Assembly (NCBI GenBank): GCA_963741955.1 | Contig: CAVUKB010000005.1 | Span: 1 to 64,000, forward strand | DNA length: 64,000 nt | Reading direction: 5' to 3' | Source of the DNA: an uncultured Acidobacteriota bacterium | Lineage (GTDB): Bacteria > Acidobacteriota > Thermoanaerobaculia > Gp7-AA8 | In this document: one piece after another, positions 32,368-42,121 of the stretch | Position numbering within the stretch: the first letter of the stretch is position 1 | How the letters are laid out: the number at the start of each line of letters is the position of its first letter | The notes under the pieces: generated by a model | Databases searched by the model: none | Told to the model about the DNA's origin: nothing | The model's input: only the letters and a program-made list of their open reading frames with translations | Translations under genes and position numbers: made by a program

Positions 32368-33030
32368 CACGCCCTGACGGCGGGCGTTGTCGCGGAACTG
32401 ATCGAGCGCGCGTTGCGCCTGCTCCACCGCCAGCGCCGCCTGCGGGATCTGTTCGCGCGTCAGCTGGAGGTTGAAGGTCTGGTAGCTGAAGTCATTCGGT
32501 CTGTAACCGACCGATAGGAGCCCGAGAATCTCGTCCTGGAGATTCTGTTCTTTCCGCTTCAACAGTTCGAGATTGTCTTTCGCCCGACGAACGCTTTCCT
32601 CGAGCTGCTGCGCCTGGCGCTTCCAGGCCCACTCGTCGTTCGGTGTAGGCTGGGGCACTGTGGGCGGCTGGACGGGAGCAAGCTCCATCTGTGTGGCGGG
32701 AGCCGGAATCCCGGAGTGGTTCTCTTCGAGCTCGCGGAGGAGTCGTTGTTTCTCTGCTTCGGTGACCTTCAGGGGAAGATGGGCTTCGTCGCGCTGCGGG
32801 GTGGTGATGCCGATCTTCCGGTTCACGGCCTGGCGAGTCGCTGCGAAATCGATCTCCTCGAGTGGGAGCGAATAGAGTTTTCTATCGATCTGGTGGAAGA
32901 TGACCTGATTCTGCTCCACCTCGATCGGCCCGAGCACCGGAATGGTGTGACCGTCACGGAGTACCAGGAGATCGACCGGTCCTCCGAGGGGAACCGCGGT
33001 CAGAAACAGTAGCAGCAGCGCCTGAATCAT
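32347..33030 (-). CDS. Secreted coiled-coil hypothetical protein
   Basis: Signal peptide; LVLRDG; C-terminal ARRQGVLPGWLR. Confidence 0.75.
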   Translation of the reverse strand: MIQALLLLFLTAVPLGGPVDLLVLRDGHTIPVLGPIEVEQNQVIFHQIDRKLYSLPLEEIDFAATRQAVNRKIGITTPQRDEAHLPLKVTEAEKQRLLRELEENHSGIPAPATQMELAPVQPPTVPQPTPNDEWAWKRQAQQLEESVRRAKDNLELLKRKEQNLQDEILGLLSVGYRPNDFSYQTFNLQLTREQIPQAALAVEQAQRALDQFRDNARRQGVLPGWLR

Positions 33031-33139
33031 GATCGTATTCTACAACCGCCCCGCCCGCCGTGCACTTCCCCGCCGCGACTTCGGAATCTGGGAAACCGCG
33101 ATTTCGGGTGGGGGAGCGTTCCATCGGCTATACTGACTG

Positions 33140-33309
33140 GCTGGTGCCGGAGCGTTCATTGCACGGCAATCGCCATCGGGTACAGTCGAGTCGGAATGAC
33201 CTTCAAGCATTTTCATTTCAGGGAGCCCGAAACGGGGGGAGCAGAGTCGAGCTTCCGTACACCGCGAGGGCCGGTGCACTCCGGACCGGCGTCAGGCCGC
33301 CGGCACAGC
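33140..33309 (+). ncRNA. Candidate structured RNA (rod-like, possibly 6S-like) or corC leader
   Basis: TATACT at 33129-33134; terminal pairing GCTGGTGCCGG/CCGGCACAGC; further nested complementarity. Confidence 0.35.
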
Positions 33310-33318
33310 TGATCGGAA

Positions 33319-34599
33319 ATGGGAAGTAGCATCTTCTCCTCACAAGCTCTCGTGCTCGCGATCGTGAGCGGCATTCTCTTCCTCATTTTCGATGCCGCCC
33401 GCTTCTTCGTCCACCAGCTCAGCCCGATGCGGCTCAAACGCTGGAGTGGCAGCGATCCGAACATCGAGCGCGGAAGCCGCTGGTTTCAGTACCGTCCGAA
33501 CCACTTCTCGCTGCTTACCGGGGCCCTCCTGCAGATCTCGCTGGTCGGCGCTGCTGCCTTCACCATGATCGCGCTGATGGGAGAGGGAATCGTGGTGGCC
33601 GCGGTGACCTCCATCGCCATCTGGGGATTCGTCGCCATCGGCTGGAAGATGGTGCTCGCGATCGTTCCCGATGGTGCGGCGGAGATCATCCTTCGCTCTC
33701 TGATCCCGGTCTCCCACTTTTTCTATTATCTCTTCTGGCCGCTTCTCTTTCCCGTCCACTGGCTCCTCGAGCGCGTCAGCCGCCACAGTGCGGAAGAAGA
33801 TGACGAAGAGGAAGTGACGGACGAAGAGGTGCAGGCGTACATCGACGTCGGTGAAGAAGAGGGGATTCTCGAAAAGGGAGAGGGAAAGCTGGTCCAATCG
33901 ATCGTCGATTTCGGCGACACGATCGTCCGGGAGGTGATGACTCCCCGGATGGAGATGCTCGCCTTCGAGAGCAGCGGATCGATCGAGCAGCTCGCAGAGG
34001 TGTTCAGCGAATCGAAATACTCCAGAATCCCCCTCTATCAGGAGAATATCGACCGTATCGTCGGCATGGTCCACGTCAAGGATCTGTTCGACGTCTTTCT
34101 CCGGCACGAAGCGAAGAGCGTCCGCGACATCGCCCGTCCAGCCTATTTCGTTGCGGAAACGAAGAAGGTGTCGGAGCTCCTGCGCGAGTTTCAGCTGGAG
34201 CATACCCAGATGGCAATCGTGGTCGACGAGTTTGGCGGAACGGCCGGTCTGGTGAGTATCGAGGATCTGATCGAAGAGATCGTCGGCGAGATCGCGGACG
34301 AGCACGAACAGGAAGAACCGACCGTTCTGGAGATCGAAGACGGGGTCTGGCTGGTGACCGGGGCGACGCGGATCGAGGTGCTCGAAGAAATGCTCGGGCT
34401 GGACATTCGTGGCGACGACGACTACGAGACGGTCGCAGGGCTGATCTTCACCCAGATGGGGCGCGTTCCGAAGAGTGGCGAACGGACATCGAAGAGCGGT
34501 CTGACCTTCGAGGTCGATCGGGCCGACCGGCGCCGTATCTACCGGGTGCGCGTCTCCCGCGCTCCCGAAGTCCCGCAGGAAGAGGTCGCGAGAGGATGA
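33319..34599 (+). CDS. HlyC/CorC (CNNM) family transporter with CBS pair
   Basis: TMs; VREVMTPR, YSRIP, IVVDEFGGTAGLV.IED; CorC C-domain. Confidence 0.93.
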   Translation: MGSSIFSSQALVLAIVSGILFLIFDAARFFVHQLSPMRLKRWSGSDPNIERGSRWFQYRPNHFSLLTGALLQISLVGAAAFTMIALMGEGIVVAAVTSIAIWGFVAIGWKMVLAIVPDGAAEIILRSLIPVSHFFYYLFWPLLFPVHWLLERVSRHSAEEDDEEEVTDEEVQAYIDVGEEEGILEKGEGKLVQSIVDFGDTIVREVMTPRMEMLAFESSGSIEQLAEVFSESKYSRIPLYQENIDRIVGMVHVKDLFDVFLRHEAKSVRDIARPAYFVAETKKVSELLREFQLEHTQMAIVVDEFGGTAGLVSIEDLIEEIVGEIADEHEQEEPTVLEIEDGVWLVTGATRIEVLEEMLGLDIRGDDDYETVAGLIFTQMGRVPKSGERTSKSGLTFEVDRADRRRIYRVRVSRAPEVPQEEVARG

Positions 34600-35525
34600 A
34601 CGTGAGCGATACGGAAGCGCAGGGAACGAAGTTCGGTATGGTCGCTCTGATCGGTCGTCCGAACGCAGGAAAATCGACCCTGCTGAACGCGATTCTCGGA
34701 CAGAAGGTCTCCATCGTCTCCGACAAACCGCAGACTACCCGCAACCGGATCGTCGGGATCCTCAACCGCCCCGAAGGGCAGATCGCGTTCCTCGACACTC
34801 CGGGGATTCACAAGCCGCTGCACCGGATGAACGTGCGGATGATGGATCACGTCGTCTCCAGCCTCTCCGAAGCGGACGTGGTGGTGGTGATTGTCGACGT
34901 CTCGCAAGCGTTCGGTCATGGCGACGAGTTCGTACTCGACCTCCTCAGAAGGTCTGCGGAAGACGATGTCCGCCGTGTGGCGGTGTTGAACAAGATCGAT
35001 CTGGTGAAGAAGCCGAAGATGCTTCCACTCATGCAGCGCTACGGCACTCTCGGCCTCTTTTCCGACATCGTCCCGGTGTCGGCGCTCTCGGGCGACGGCG
35101 TCTCGAATCTCCTCCGCGTGCTGTACGACTCGATCCCGGAAGGTCGTCCCCGTTTTCCGGTCGAGGACTACACAACGCAGCCAGAGCGCTTCTTCGCCGC
35201 GGAGATCGTTCGCGAGAAACTCCTACACCACACCTCCGAGGAGCTCCCGTATACCACTGCAGTGGCGGTCGACCGGTGGGAGGACGACGAAGAAAAGGGG
35301 CTGATCCGGATCTGGGCGACCATCTTCGTCGAGCGTGAATCGCAGAAGAAGATCGTGATCGGAAAGGGCGGCTCGATGATCAAGCAGATCGGAACCGAGG
35401 CGCGCGTGGAACTCGAGTCGATCCTCGGCTCGCGCCTCTACCTCGACCTCAGAGTCACCACGCATTCTTCATGGCGCGAAGACGAGAGGTTCCTGGGGGA
35501 ACTGGATTGGCCGCTCGGGGAGTGA
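34596..35525 (+). CDS. era: GTPase Era
   Basis: GRPNAGKSTL, DTPG, NKID, VIGKGG KH domain. Confidence 0.98.
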   Translation: MNVSDTEAQGTKFGMVALIGRPNAGKSTLLNAILGQKVSIVSDKPQTTRNRIVGILNRPEGQIAFLDTPGIHKPLHRMNVRMMDHVVSSLSEADVVVVIVDVSQAFGHGDEFVLDLLRRSAEDDVRRVAVLNKIDLVKKPKMLPLMQRYGTLGLFSDIVPVSALSGDGVSNLLRVLYDSIPEGRPRFPVEDYTTQPERFFAAEIVREKLLHHTSEELPYTTAVAVDRWEDDEEKGLIRIWATIFVERESQKKIVIGKGGSMIKQIGTEARVELESILGSRLYLDLRVTTHSSWREDERFLGELDWPLGE

Positions 35526-35621
35526 CTCGAGTCTCCTGATCCAACCTCGGGGACCATCGCGCCGCACTCGCGGTTCACGGATCCGGAAGACGGAAAACCA
35601 CGAACGAACGGAGATCGGTTC

Positions 35622-36242
35622 ATGCTCAACTACATCTGGTTCGGCCTGATGGTCGTCGCGCTGATCGTCGCGGCGTTCAACGGAACCGCGGCGGAAGTCA
35701 CCGCCGGTGCGCTCGATTCCGCGAAGACGGCGGTGGAGATCTCGATCGGGCTGATCGGCGTGATGGCTCTCTGGCTGGGAGTGATGCGCATCGCCGAAAA
35801 GTCGGGGCTGGTCATGCTTCTCTCGCGCCTGATTGCTCCGCTCACCCGCTTCGTCTTCCCGGAGATTCCGCACGACCATCCGGCAATGGGCGCGATCATC
35901 ATGAATGTCGCAGCCAACATGCTGGGTCTGAACAACGCCGCCACGCCGCTCGGAATCAAGGCGATGGAAGATCTGCAGGACCTGAATCCGGACAAGGAGA
36001 CGGCGAGTAACTCCATGGCCATGCTCATGGCCATCAACACGGCCGGAATCCAGCTGATCCCGGCGACGACCATCGCCATCCTCGCCGCGGCGGGGTCGAA
36101 AGAGCCGACCGTGATCATCGGAACGACGCTGATCGCCACCGCAGTGAGCATGATCGTGGCGATCATCGCCACACGGATTCTGCAGCCATTCTTCCCGTAC
36201 CGGGACGCAAGTGACGAAGTGACACCCGAGGGGAAGGCGTGA
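35622..36242 (+). CDS. spmA: SpmA-family membrane protein
   Basis: MLNYIW, ANMLGL.NAATPLGIKAM. Confidence 0.92.
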   Translation: MLNYIWFGLMVVALIVAAFNGTAAEVTAGALDSAKTAVEISIGLIGVMALWLGVMRIAEKSGLVMLLSRLIAPLTRFVFPEIPHDHPAMGAIIMNVAANMLGLNNAATPLGIKAMEDLQDLNPDKETASNSMAMLMAINTAGIQLIPATTIAILAAAGSKEPTVIIGTTLIATAVSMIVAIIATRILQPFFPYRDASDEVTPEGKA

Positions 36243-36775
36243 TGAGGTTCCTCCTCGAGCAGATCTCCCTCTGGGCGATTCCGGTCCTCCTGGTCGGGAT
36301 TCCGTTTTACGGGTTGATCCGGAAGGTCAAGGTTTACGAGGCATTCGTCGATGGAGCGAAGGAAGGATTCGACGTCGCGGTGAAGATCATCCCGTACCTG
36401 GTGGCGATCCTCGTGGCGATCGGGATGTTTCGCGGATCGGGCGCCATGCAACTGTTGACCCGAGCGCTCGCGCCGGTGCTTTCTGCCGTCCACTTCCCGG
36501 CCGAGCTCGTCCCGCTTGCGATCATGCGGCCGCTCACCGGGAGCGGATCGCTCGCGCTGGTCACGGACATCGTGAAGGCGCACGGAGCGGACTCGATCCT
36601 CGCGCGGATGGCCTCGACGATGTACGGGAGCTCCGAGACGACGTTTTACGTCCTTGCGGTCTACTTCGGCGCGGTCGGGGTGAAGAAAACGCGGCACTCG
36701 ATTCCCGCAGCGCTGATTGGCGATCTCGCTGCGGTGATCGTCTCCGTCGCGATCTGCCGCTGGATGTTCGCGTAG
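36239..36775 (+). CDS. spmB: SpmB-family membrane protein
   Basis: VYEAFVDGAKEGF, RPLTGSGS, GSSETTFYVLAVYFG. Confidence 0.92.
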   Translation: MMRFLLEQISLWAIPVLLVGIPFYGLIRKVKVYEAFVDGAKEGFDVAVKIIPYLVAILVAIGMFRGSGAMQLLTRALAPVLSAVHFPAELVPLAIMRPLTGSGSLALVTDIVKAHGADSILARMASTMYGSSETTFYVLAVYFGAVGVKKTRHSIPAALIGDLAAVIVSVAICRWMFA

Positions 36776-36809
36776 GAGTCTGCGCGGTAGAGAAAGTGAG
36801 TCGCGCAAG

Positions 36810-37185
36810 GTGGATCGTGCATCCTGCGCGAGGCTCCCGGCATCATGGCGGGGAGCGATGGCATCCACGAAACGCGTATCGTTCCTCTCGCGCGGTGGTG
36901 TGTTCGCGTCTGGGAGGGTCGTCGTAGCTTACCCGGAGCAGGGCGGCGCGGGACGCCGCCCTGCATCGGGCGAGGACGCCCAACCCACAGAGGCCGCCCT
37001 TCATCGGGCGAGGACGCCCAACCCACAGACGCCGCCCTGCATCGGGCGAGGACGCCCAACCCACAGAGGCCGCCCTGCATCGGGCGAGGAGGCTCAACCC
37101 ACCGACGCCGCCCTGCATCGGGCGAGGACGCCCAACCCACAGAGGCCGCCCTGCATCGGGCGAGGAGGCTCAACCCACCGACGCT
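36810..37185 (-). repeat. REPIN-like unit (locus 2) plus six 38-bp tandem sub-repeats
   Basis: One degenerate long unit 36810-36988; 38-bp period at 36961, 36999, 37037, 37075, 37113, 37151. Confidence 0.92.
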
Positions 37186-37255
37186 ACCCGAACCTTCCTT
37201 GCGATCTGTTTTTGATCGCAGGCCTCTCAAGACACGTTTCCCCTGACCGTGGTGA

Positions 37256-37870
37256 TCAGCTTCCCGGGCGTGCCAGGTACCAGCGGCCGTTCTCGCGGAG
37301 CATCTTCACTTCCTCGTCGCCGACCTTGACGGAAGCATGATCGCCGTCGACCTGGATCTTTCCGGCCTTCCCGAGCGGCATGAATGGCTGATTCGCCAGC
37401 TGGGGCAGCGAGAGGATGAGCGAGGTCAGCTCCGCGACGTAGCCGGTGACGTCGATGTTTCCGTAGAGATCCTGTGCACGCTTGCGCATGTGCGCGTCGA
37501 GCTCTGCCTGTGTGGTGCTCGAGTCGACCACCATGGGATGCGGATCGGGCTTGTTCACCACGCCGTACTTCTTCCGGAGCTTCTCGATTTTCTTAGCGAG
37601 CGTTTTGACGTGCTCGTCTCCCGACGGATCGGCCACCATGTCCGCGCCGATGTCAGTCTGGAGCGCGAGGAGCGGCATCTCGGAGGGAGCAACCATCCGG
37701 ACCAGCGAATCGATATCCCGATTCTCCGCTGCTTTCTGCATCGCTGCGAGCAGTGCCTCGGGGGAGTCCGCCCCCTTCTGTGCGAGTGCGACCGTCGCAG
37801 ACAACAGCATGAGCGAGCCTGCGATACTTGTCGCGATCCACCGAGTCGATCGTGAACCGAAGTGTGACAT
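37256..37870 (-). CDS. Secreted hypothetical protein (NTF2-like C-terminus)
   Basis: Signal peptide ..VALA; ends DGDHASVKV...MLRENGRWYL. Confidence 0.7.
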   Translation of the reverse strand: MSHFGSRSTRWIATSIAGSLMLLSATVALAQKGADSPEALLAAMQKAAENRDIDSLVRMVAPSEMPLLALQTDIGADMVADPSGDEHVKTLAKKIEKLRKKYGVVNKPDPHPMVVDSSTTQAELDAHMRKRAQDLYGNIDVTGYVAELTSLILSLPQLANQPFMPLGKAGKIQVDGDHASVKVGDEEVKMLRENGRWYLARPGS

Positions 37871-37918
37871 CTCTCCTCCCGGGTCGGGGCGACGGATCGC
37901 TCTTCGATCCGTCACTCG

Positions 37919-37970
37919 CCCGCATCTCTCACACCGTCTCCTCGCGACGAGACGGTGTGAGAAATGCGGG
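37919..37970. mobile_element. Minimal hairpin copy of MITE family B
   Basis: CCCGCATCTCTCACACCGTCTC-loop-GAGACGGTGTGAGAAATGCGGG; same ends as 61101-61277. Confidence 0.75.
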
Positions 37971-38230
37971 CTGAACCGAATGGCCGGTGCTCTCCGTTTC
38001 CTCGGAGATGCCCGGGGCGACTGAATTGTACGAGTGAGATGAAGTCTACCACGCAGGCGCCGCTCATTCATCTCGTCCGCACGCGCAACGATGCGCGGCG
38101 AGCTCCAGGAGAAGGAGAATTCATGGCCCGGCCGTACGGATCCATTCTCCTCGAGCGCTTGCGCCGCGTGCTCGCAAGACGAGGCGCGCCCCGCTGGAGA
38201 TCGAGGTCGGACATCCGATCTTTCTCTCGC

Positions 38231-39502
38231 TCAGACCTGCCCTCGCAGCAGATCCTCCATCGGCTGCCGCTCCCGCACCAGAGTGACTTCCGTCCCGCGG
38301 ACCATCAGCTCGGGGGGGAGAAGCCGCGCATTGTAGTGCGAGGCCATCGAGAAGCCGTAGGCCCCTGCATCGCAGAACGCGACCACATCGCCTTCGTGGA
38401 GTCCGGGAACCCAGCGGGGCTCGAGTCCGTTCTCGCTACGAGTGAACACGTCTCCCGACTCGCAGAGGTTGCCGCCGATGATCACTCCGTCGGCATCGTG
38501 CGGGCTTCCGGGCCGGACGTTCTCGCGCAGGAGTGCGTCGTCGCCTCTAGATGCGTTCAGCACGTGATGGTAGCTGCCGTACTTCGACGGCCGGACGAGA
38601 TGATTGAATCCGGTATCGACACCGACCCACTCCACACCCGCGCTGAGCCGCTTCGCGGTGACCCGGGCGAGGAGAGTCCCCGATTGCGCAGCGACGTAGC
38701 GGCCCGGCTCGAGGATCGCCTTCAATCCGCGCTTCCGGAGGATCTCCCCGGCGAGCTCACCGAGACGCTGACCGTATTCTTCGATCGGGAACTCCGACTC
38801 TCCCGGTTTGTACGGGATGCTGATTCCGCCGCCGAAGTTGACCCACTTCAGCTCGTCGAAGGCGTCGAGATGGTCGGTCAGCGTGCGGGCCGAACGGAGA
38901 AGAGGGTCGACCTCCGTGACGCCCGAGCCGATGTGGGCGTGGATTCCAACGATTGTCCGGCCTTCGTCGGTCGCGATCATCCGCGCGGAGTCGAGCTCGG
39001 CGAGATCGATCCCGAACTTCACGCCCAATCCGCCGGTGACAACGTCGCGATGGTGTCCGGCCCCGACGTCGGGATTGATGCGGAGTGCGATCGGATTGGG
39101 CAGTCCCAGAGCGAGGAACTTGTCGAGCTCCGCGAGTGAATTGATGTTGACCACGATCTCGGGATCGTCCAGCTCACGAAGGTCCTCCTGAGAGACGTTC
39201 GAACCGGTGAACCAGATCCGAGTCGAGTCGAAGCCCGCATGCTTCGCGAGGAATACTTCGCCCGGAGAGACGGCATCACAGCCGAATCCGAATCCGTGGA
39301 GGAGTCTGAGGATCGCGAGATTCGAGTTCGCCTTCATGGCGTAAAACGGCTGGAAGGGGAGAGAGGAGAATGCGGAGAGGATGCGTTTCGCCTGCCGTTC
39401 GATGACGTCAGCGTCGTAGACGTACAGCGGTGACCCGAACGTCTCGATCAGCTCGGTTGCAGCCACACCGCCGATGTGAAGGGTTCCATTCTGATATCGC
39501 AT
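38231..39502 (-). CDS. lysA: Diaminopimelate decarboxylase
   Basis: YAMKAN, KFG, HAHIGS, NFGGG, EPGR, NLCESGD, GAYG. Confidence 0.95.
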   Translation of the reverse strand: MRYQNGTLHIGGVAATELIETFGSPLYVYDADVIERQAKRILSAFSSLPFQPFYAMKANSNLAILRLLHGFGFGCDAVSPGEVFLAKHAGFDSTRIWFTGSNVSQEDLRELDDPEIVVNINSLAELDKFLALGLPNPIALRINPDVGAGHHRDVVTGGLGVKFGIDLAELDSARMIATDEGRTIVGIHAHIGSGVTEVDPLLRSARTLTDHLDAFDELKWVNFGGGISIPYKPGESEFPIEEYGQRLGELAGEILRKRGLKAILEPGRYVAAQSGTLLARVTAKRLSAGVEWVGVDTGFNHLVRPSKYGSYHHVLNASRGDDALLRENVRPGSPHDADGVIIGGNLCESGDVFTRSENGLEPRWVPGLHEGDVVAFCDAGAYGFSMASHYNARLLPPELMVRGTEVTLVRERQPMEDLLRGQV

Positions 39503-39615
39503 GATCTCGATTCGCCGTCCAGATTCGGATCCGCGGCGCGGCAGCATGTGACACGAAACCGCTTCGGATTTCAAGTGTTCGCTTTGGAGCCTCTTCGCTA
39601 GAATGGACCTCGAAC

Positions 39616-41241
39616 ATGTCCACCTCCGTCCCACTCCCCGACACCGCCGAAGAGTGGAAGGCGCCGTCGGCCGCGCCCGAAGTCCGGATGGTGAACCTGT
39701 TCGACCGCGCGTACGACGGTGTCGTCGCGGCCGCCCGTACCTGCTACTCCACGAGAATCATCACCCCGGAGCAGGTCGGAGGCGACGCGGTCGTCGACCA
39801 CGAGGATCGTCAGGCCCGCCAGGAGCGTCGTGACCGACTCGCCGAGGAGATTTACCGCGCCGGTCATCACACGACGTACCAGCACGCCCACGTCCAGTTC
39901 GCTCTGACCAACGTGTCGCGTCAGTTTCTCTGGTCGTTTCTCCACGCGCATCCCTTCTACAACTCGGAACAGGTGAGCCAGAGATACGTCGAAGTGCGCG
40001 ATGGCAACTACCTCGTTCCGCCGCTCCAGGGAAAGGCGCTCGAGATCTATCTCCGGACCGTCCGGATGCAAAGCGATGCCTATCACCGGCTGATCGAAGT
40101 TCTCCATCCGACTGCGGAGCGGGAGTATCTGAAGCTCTTTCCGGGGCGGAAGAAGAATCCGGAACGCGTGGCGAAGGATGTGAAGAAGAGGGCTCAGGAG
40201 ATCGCCCGCTACGTTCTCCCGGTCGCGACCTTCGCCTATCTCTACCATACCGTCAGCGTTCTGACGCTGTTCCGCTACTACCGTCTCGCGAACGAGCTCG
40301 ATGCTCCTGCCGAACAGCGCTTCGTGATCGGAAAGATGGTCAGCGAGCTTCTCGCCCGCGAACCGGACTATCGGAAGATTCTCGAGGAGCCGATTCCGCT
40401 CGAGGAGACGCTGGAGTACCAGACGTTCGCTTCTCTCCGGAGCTCTCTCTCGCCGGGAGCGAACCGGGTCTTCCGCGAAGAATTCGACCAGAGTCTGGAG
40501 GGCCGCGTCTCGAAGCTGATCGACTGGAAGGCGAACGCCGTCTCGACGCTCGCCTCTTCCGTCCGGGAAGTCCTCGGGATTCCGCGCGAAGCACTCTCGG
40601 ACTGTGACGCAGTCCGGCTCGTGCTCGATCCCGCCAGGAATCGGTACCTGTCCGAATCGCTGGTGCTGACCACGATCGGCAAACTGACCCGGTCGATGCA
40701 CAACGTTCATTACACTTTCCGGAAGAAGCTGAGCCACACCGCCGACTCACAGGACCAGCGACACCGGATGACTCCGGCCTCGCGCCCGGTGGTGCACGCC
40801 TATCTGAGTGAGGAGCCGGATTACGTCGTTCCGATGCTGATCGGAGAGAACGCGGAAGGAGGGGAGATCTACGCGTCGACGATGAAGGAAACCTGGAACG
40901 CCATCGGACGGCTCAGAGAGCTCGGGGTGGATGCGACGGATGTCGCGTACCTTCTGCCGAACGCCGTTTCGATCCGCTTCACCGAATCTTCGGATCTCCT
41001 CAATCTGCATCACAAGCACAAGATGCGACTCTGTTATAACGCGCAGGAAGAGATCTGGCGCGCGTCGCTCGACGAGGCGATCCAGATTCGCGAGCTGCAT
41101 CCCGAGATCGGATCGTACCTCCTTCCACCCTGCACTCCGCGGAAGGAAGCGAAGGTCCGGCCGTACTGCCCGGAAGGACCGCGGTACTGCGGCGTCCCGG
41201 TCTGGAATCTCGATCTCGAAGAATACGAGAGGATCCTCTGA
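39616..41241 (+). CDS. thyX: Tandem-domain FAD-dependent thymidylate synthase
   Basis: GHHTTYQH, VSR, SQRYV, ARYVLP in domain 1; QRHR, YLLPNA, RLC..AQEEI in domain 2. Confidence 0.8.
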   Translation: MSTSVPLPDTAEEWKAPSAAPEVRMVNLFDRAYDGVVAAARTCYSTRIITPEQVGGDAVVDHEDRQARQERRDRLAEEIYRAGHHTTYQHAHVQFALTNVSRQFLWSFLHAHPFYNSEQVSQRYVEVRDGNYLVPPLQGKALEIYLRTVRMQSDAYHRLIEVLHPTAEREYLKLFPGRKKNPERVAKDVKKRAQEIARYVLPVATFAYLYHTVSVLTLFRYYRLANELDAPAEQRFVIGKMVSELLAREPDYRKILEEPIPLEETLEYQTFASLRSSLSPGANRVFREEFDQSLEGRVSKLIDWKANAVSTLASSVREVLGIPREALSDCDAVRLVLDPARNRYLSESLVLTTIGKLTRSMHNVHYTFRKKLSHTADSQDQRHRMTPASRPVVHAYLSEEPDYVVPMLIGENAEGGEIYASTMKETWNAIGRLRELGVDATDVAYLLPNAVSIRFTESSDLLNLHHKHKMRLCYNAQEEIWRASLDEAIQIRELHPEIGSYLLPPCTPRKEAKVRPYCPEGPRYCGVPVWNLDLEEYERIL

Positions 41242-41252
41242 GGAGACTGCCG

Positions 41253-42047
41253 ATGAAGACGTTGCTCTCGAGAAACCTCGTCATTCCCGCCTCTCTGCTG
41301 ATCGTGGTCGCGTGCATGACCGTGCAGTCGCAGAGCCAGCGGCCACCCATTCCGACCAAAGTCGTCGTCCACGCTGTCGCGAACGATGCGAAGCTCATCG
41401 GGACCCATGTCGGCGGGGCGAAGATCACCATCCGGGACGATTCGACCGGGAAGATCCTCGCGGAGGGAATTCAGAAGGGCGAAACCGGAAGCACGAAGAA
41501 GATCATGGAGGAGCCACACGCGCGCGGCGCGGAGCTCTTCGATACCGGAGGGGCTGCCGCATTCGAGGCGACCCTCGCTCTCACCAGGCCGACCGTGGTG
41601 ACGGTGACCGCGGAAGGGCCGCTCGAACCGGCGTCCGCGACGGTGAGTGCGAGCAAGACGCTCCTGCTGGTTCCGGGTCAGGACGTCACCGGCGACGGCA
41701 TCGTGCTGGTGATTCATGGCCTGCGGGTGGAGATACTCGAGCCGGAGGGGGAGGACGTGGGGCGGGTGGGCGACGCGATCCCGGTCCGGGCCCGGCTCAC
41801 CATGACGTGTGGCTGTCCCATCGAGCCCGGAGGGCTGTGGGACGCGAACGAAATGACGGTCAAGGCGCGTCTGGTCCGGAAGGATCAAGTCATCAGTGAA
41901 GTGCTCATGCGCTACGCGGGGGAGAAGAGCACGTTCGAGGGGACGGTGCGGCCTCGCGAGAGCGGGACCTGGGATCTCCAGGTGCTCGGCTTCGACCCGA
42001 AGCACGCCAACTTCGGTCTCGCGCACACCACCATTCGCGTGCGCTAG
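41253..42047 (+). CDS. Conserved secreted protein/lipoprotein with CGCP motif
   Basis: VVAC lipobox-like; DAKLIG..VGG; MTCGCPIEPGGLWD. Confidence 0.75.
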   Translation: MKTLLSRNLVIPASLLIVVACMTVQSQSQRPPIPTKVVVHAVANDAKLIGTHVGGAKITIRDDSTGKILAEGIQKGETGSTKKIMEEPHARGAELFDTGGAAAFEATLALTRPTVVTVTAEGPLEPASATVSASKTLLLVPGQDVTGDGIVLVIHGLRVEILEPEGEDVGRVGDAIPVRARLTMTCGCPIEPGGLWDANEMTVKARLVRKDQVISEVLMRYAGEKSTFEGTVRPRESGTWDLQVLGFDPKHANFGLAHTTIRVR

Positions 42048-42121
42048 CGCAAGGTTCGCGGGCCCGGGATGATTGGCGTTTCACGAGAGCGGGTCAACGT
42101 CGAGAACCACTCGTTGGCAGC

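Noticed and set aside
35622-36775. Sporulation inferred from spmAB and the CgeB-like gene
   Set aside because: Both families are widespread in non-sporulating diderms; kds and bam genes indicate an LPS outer membrane.
36961-37185. CRISPR array (38-bp period)
   Set aside because: Contiguous repeats without spacers; a sub-module of the REPIN-like unit.
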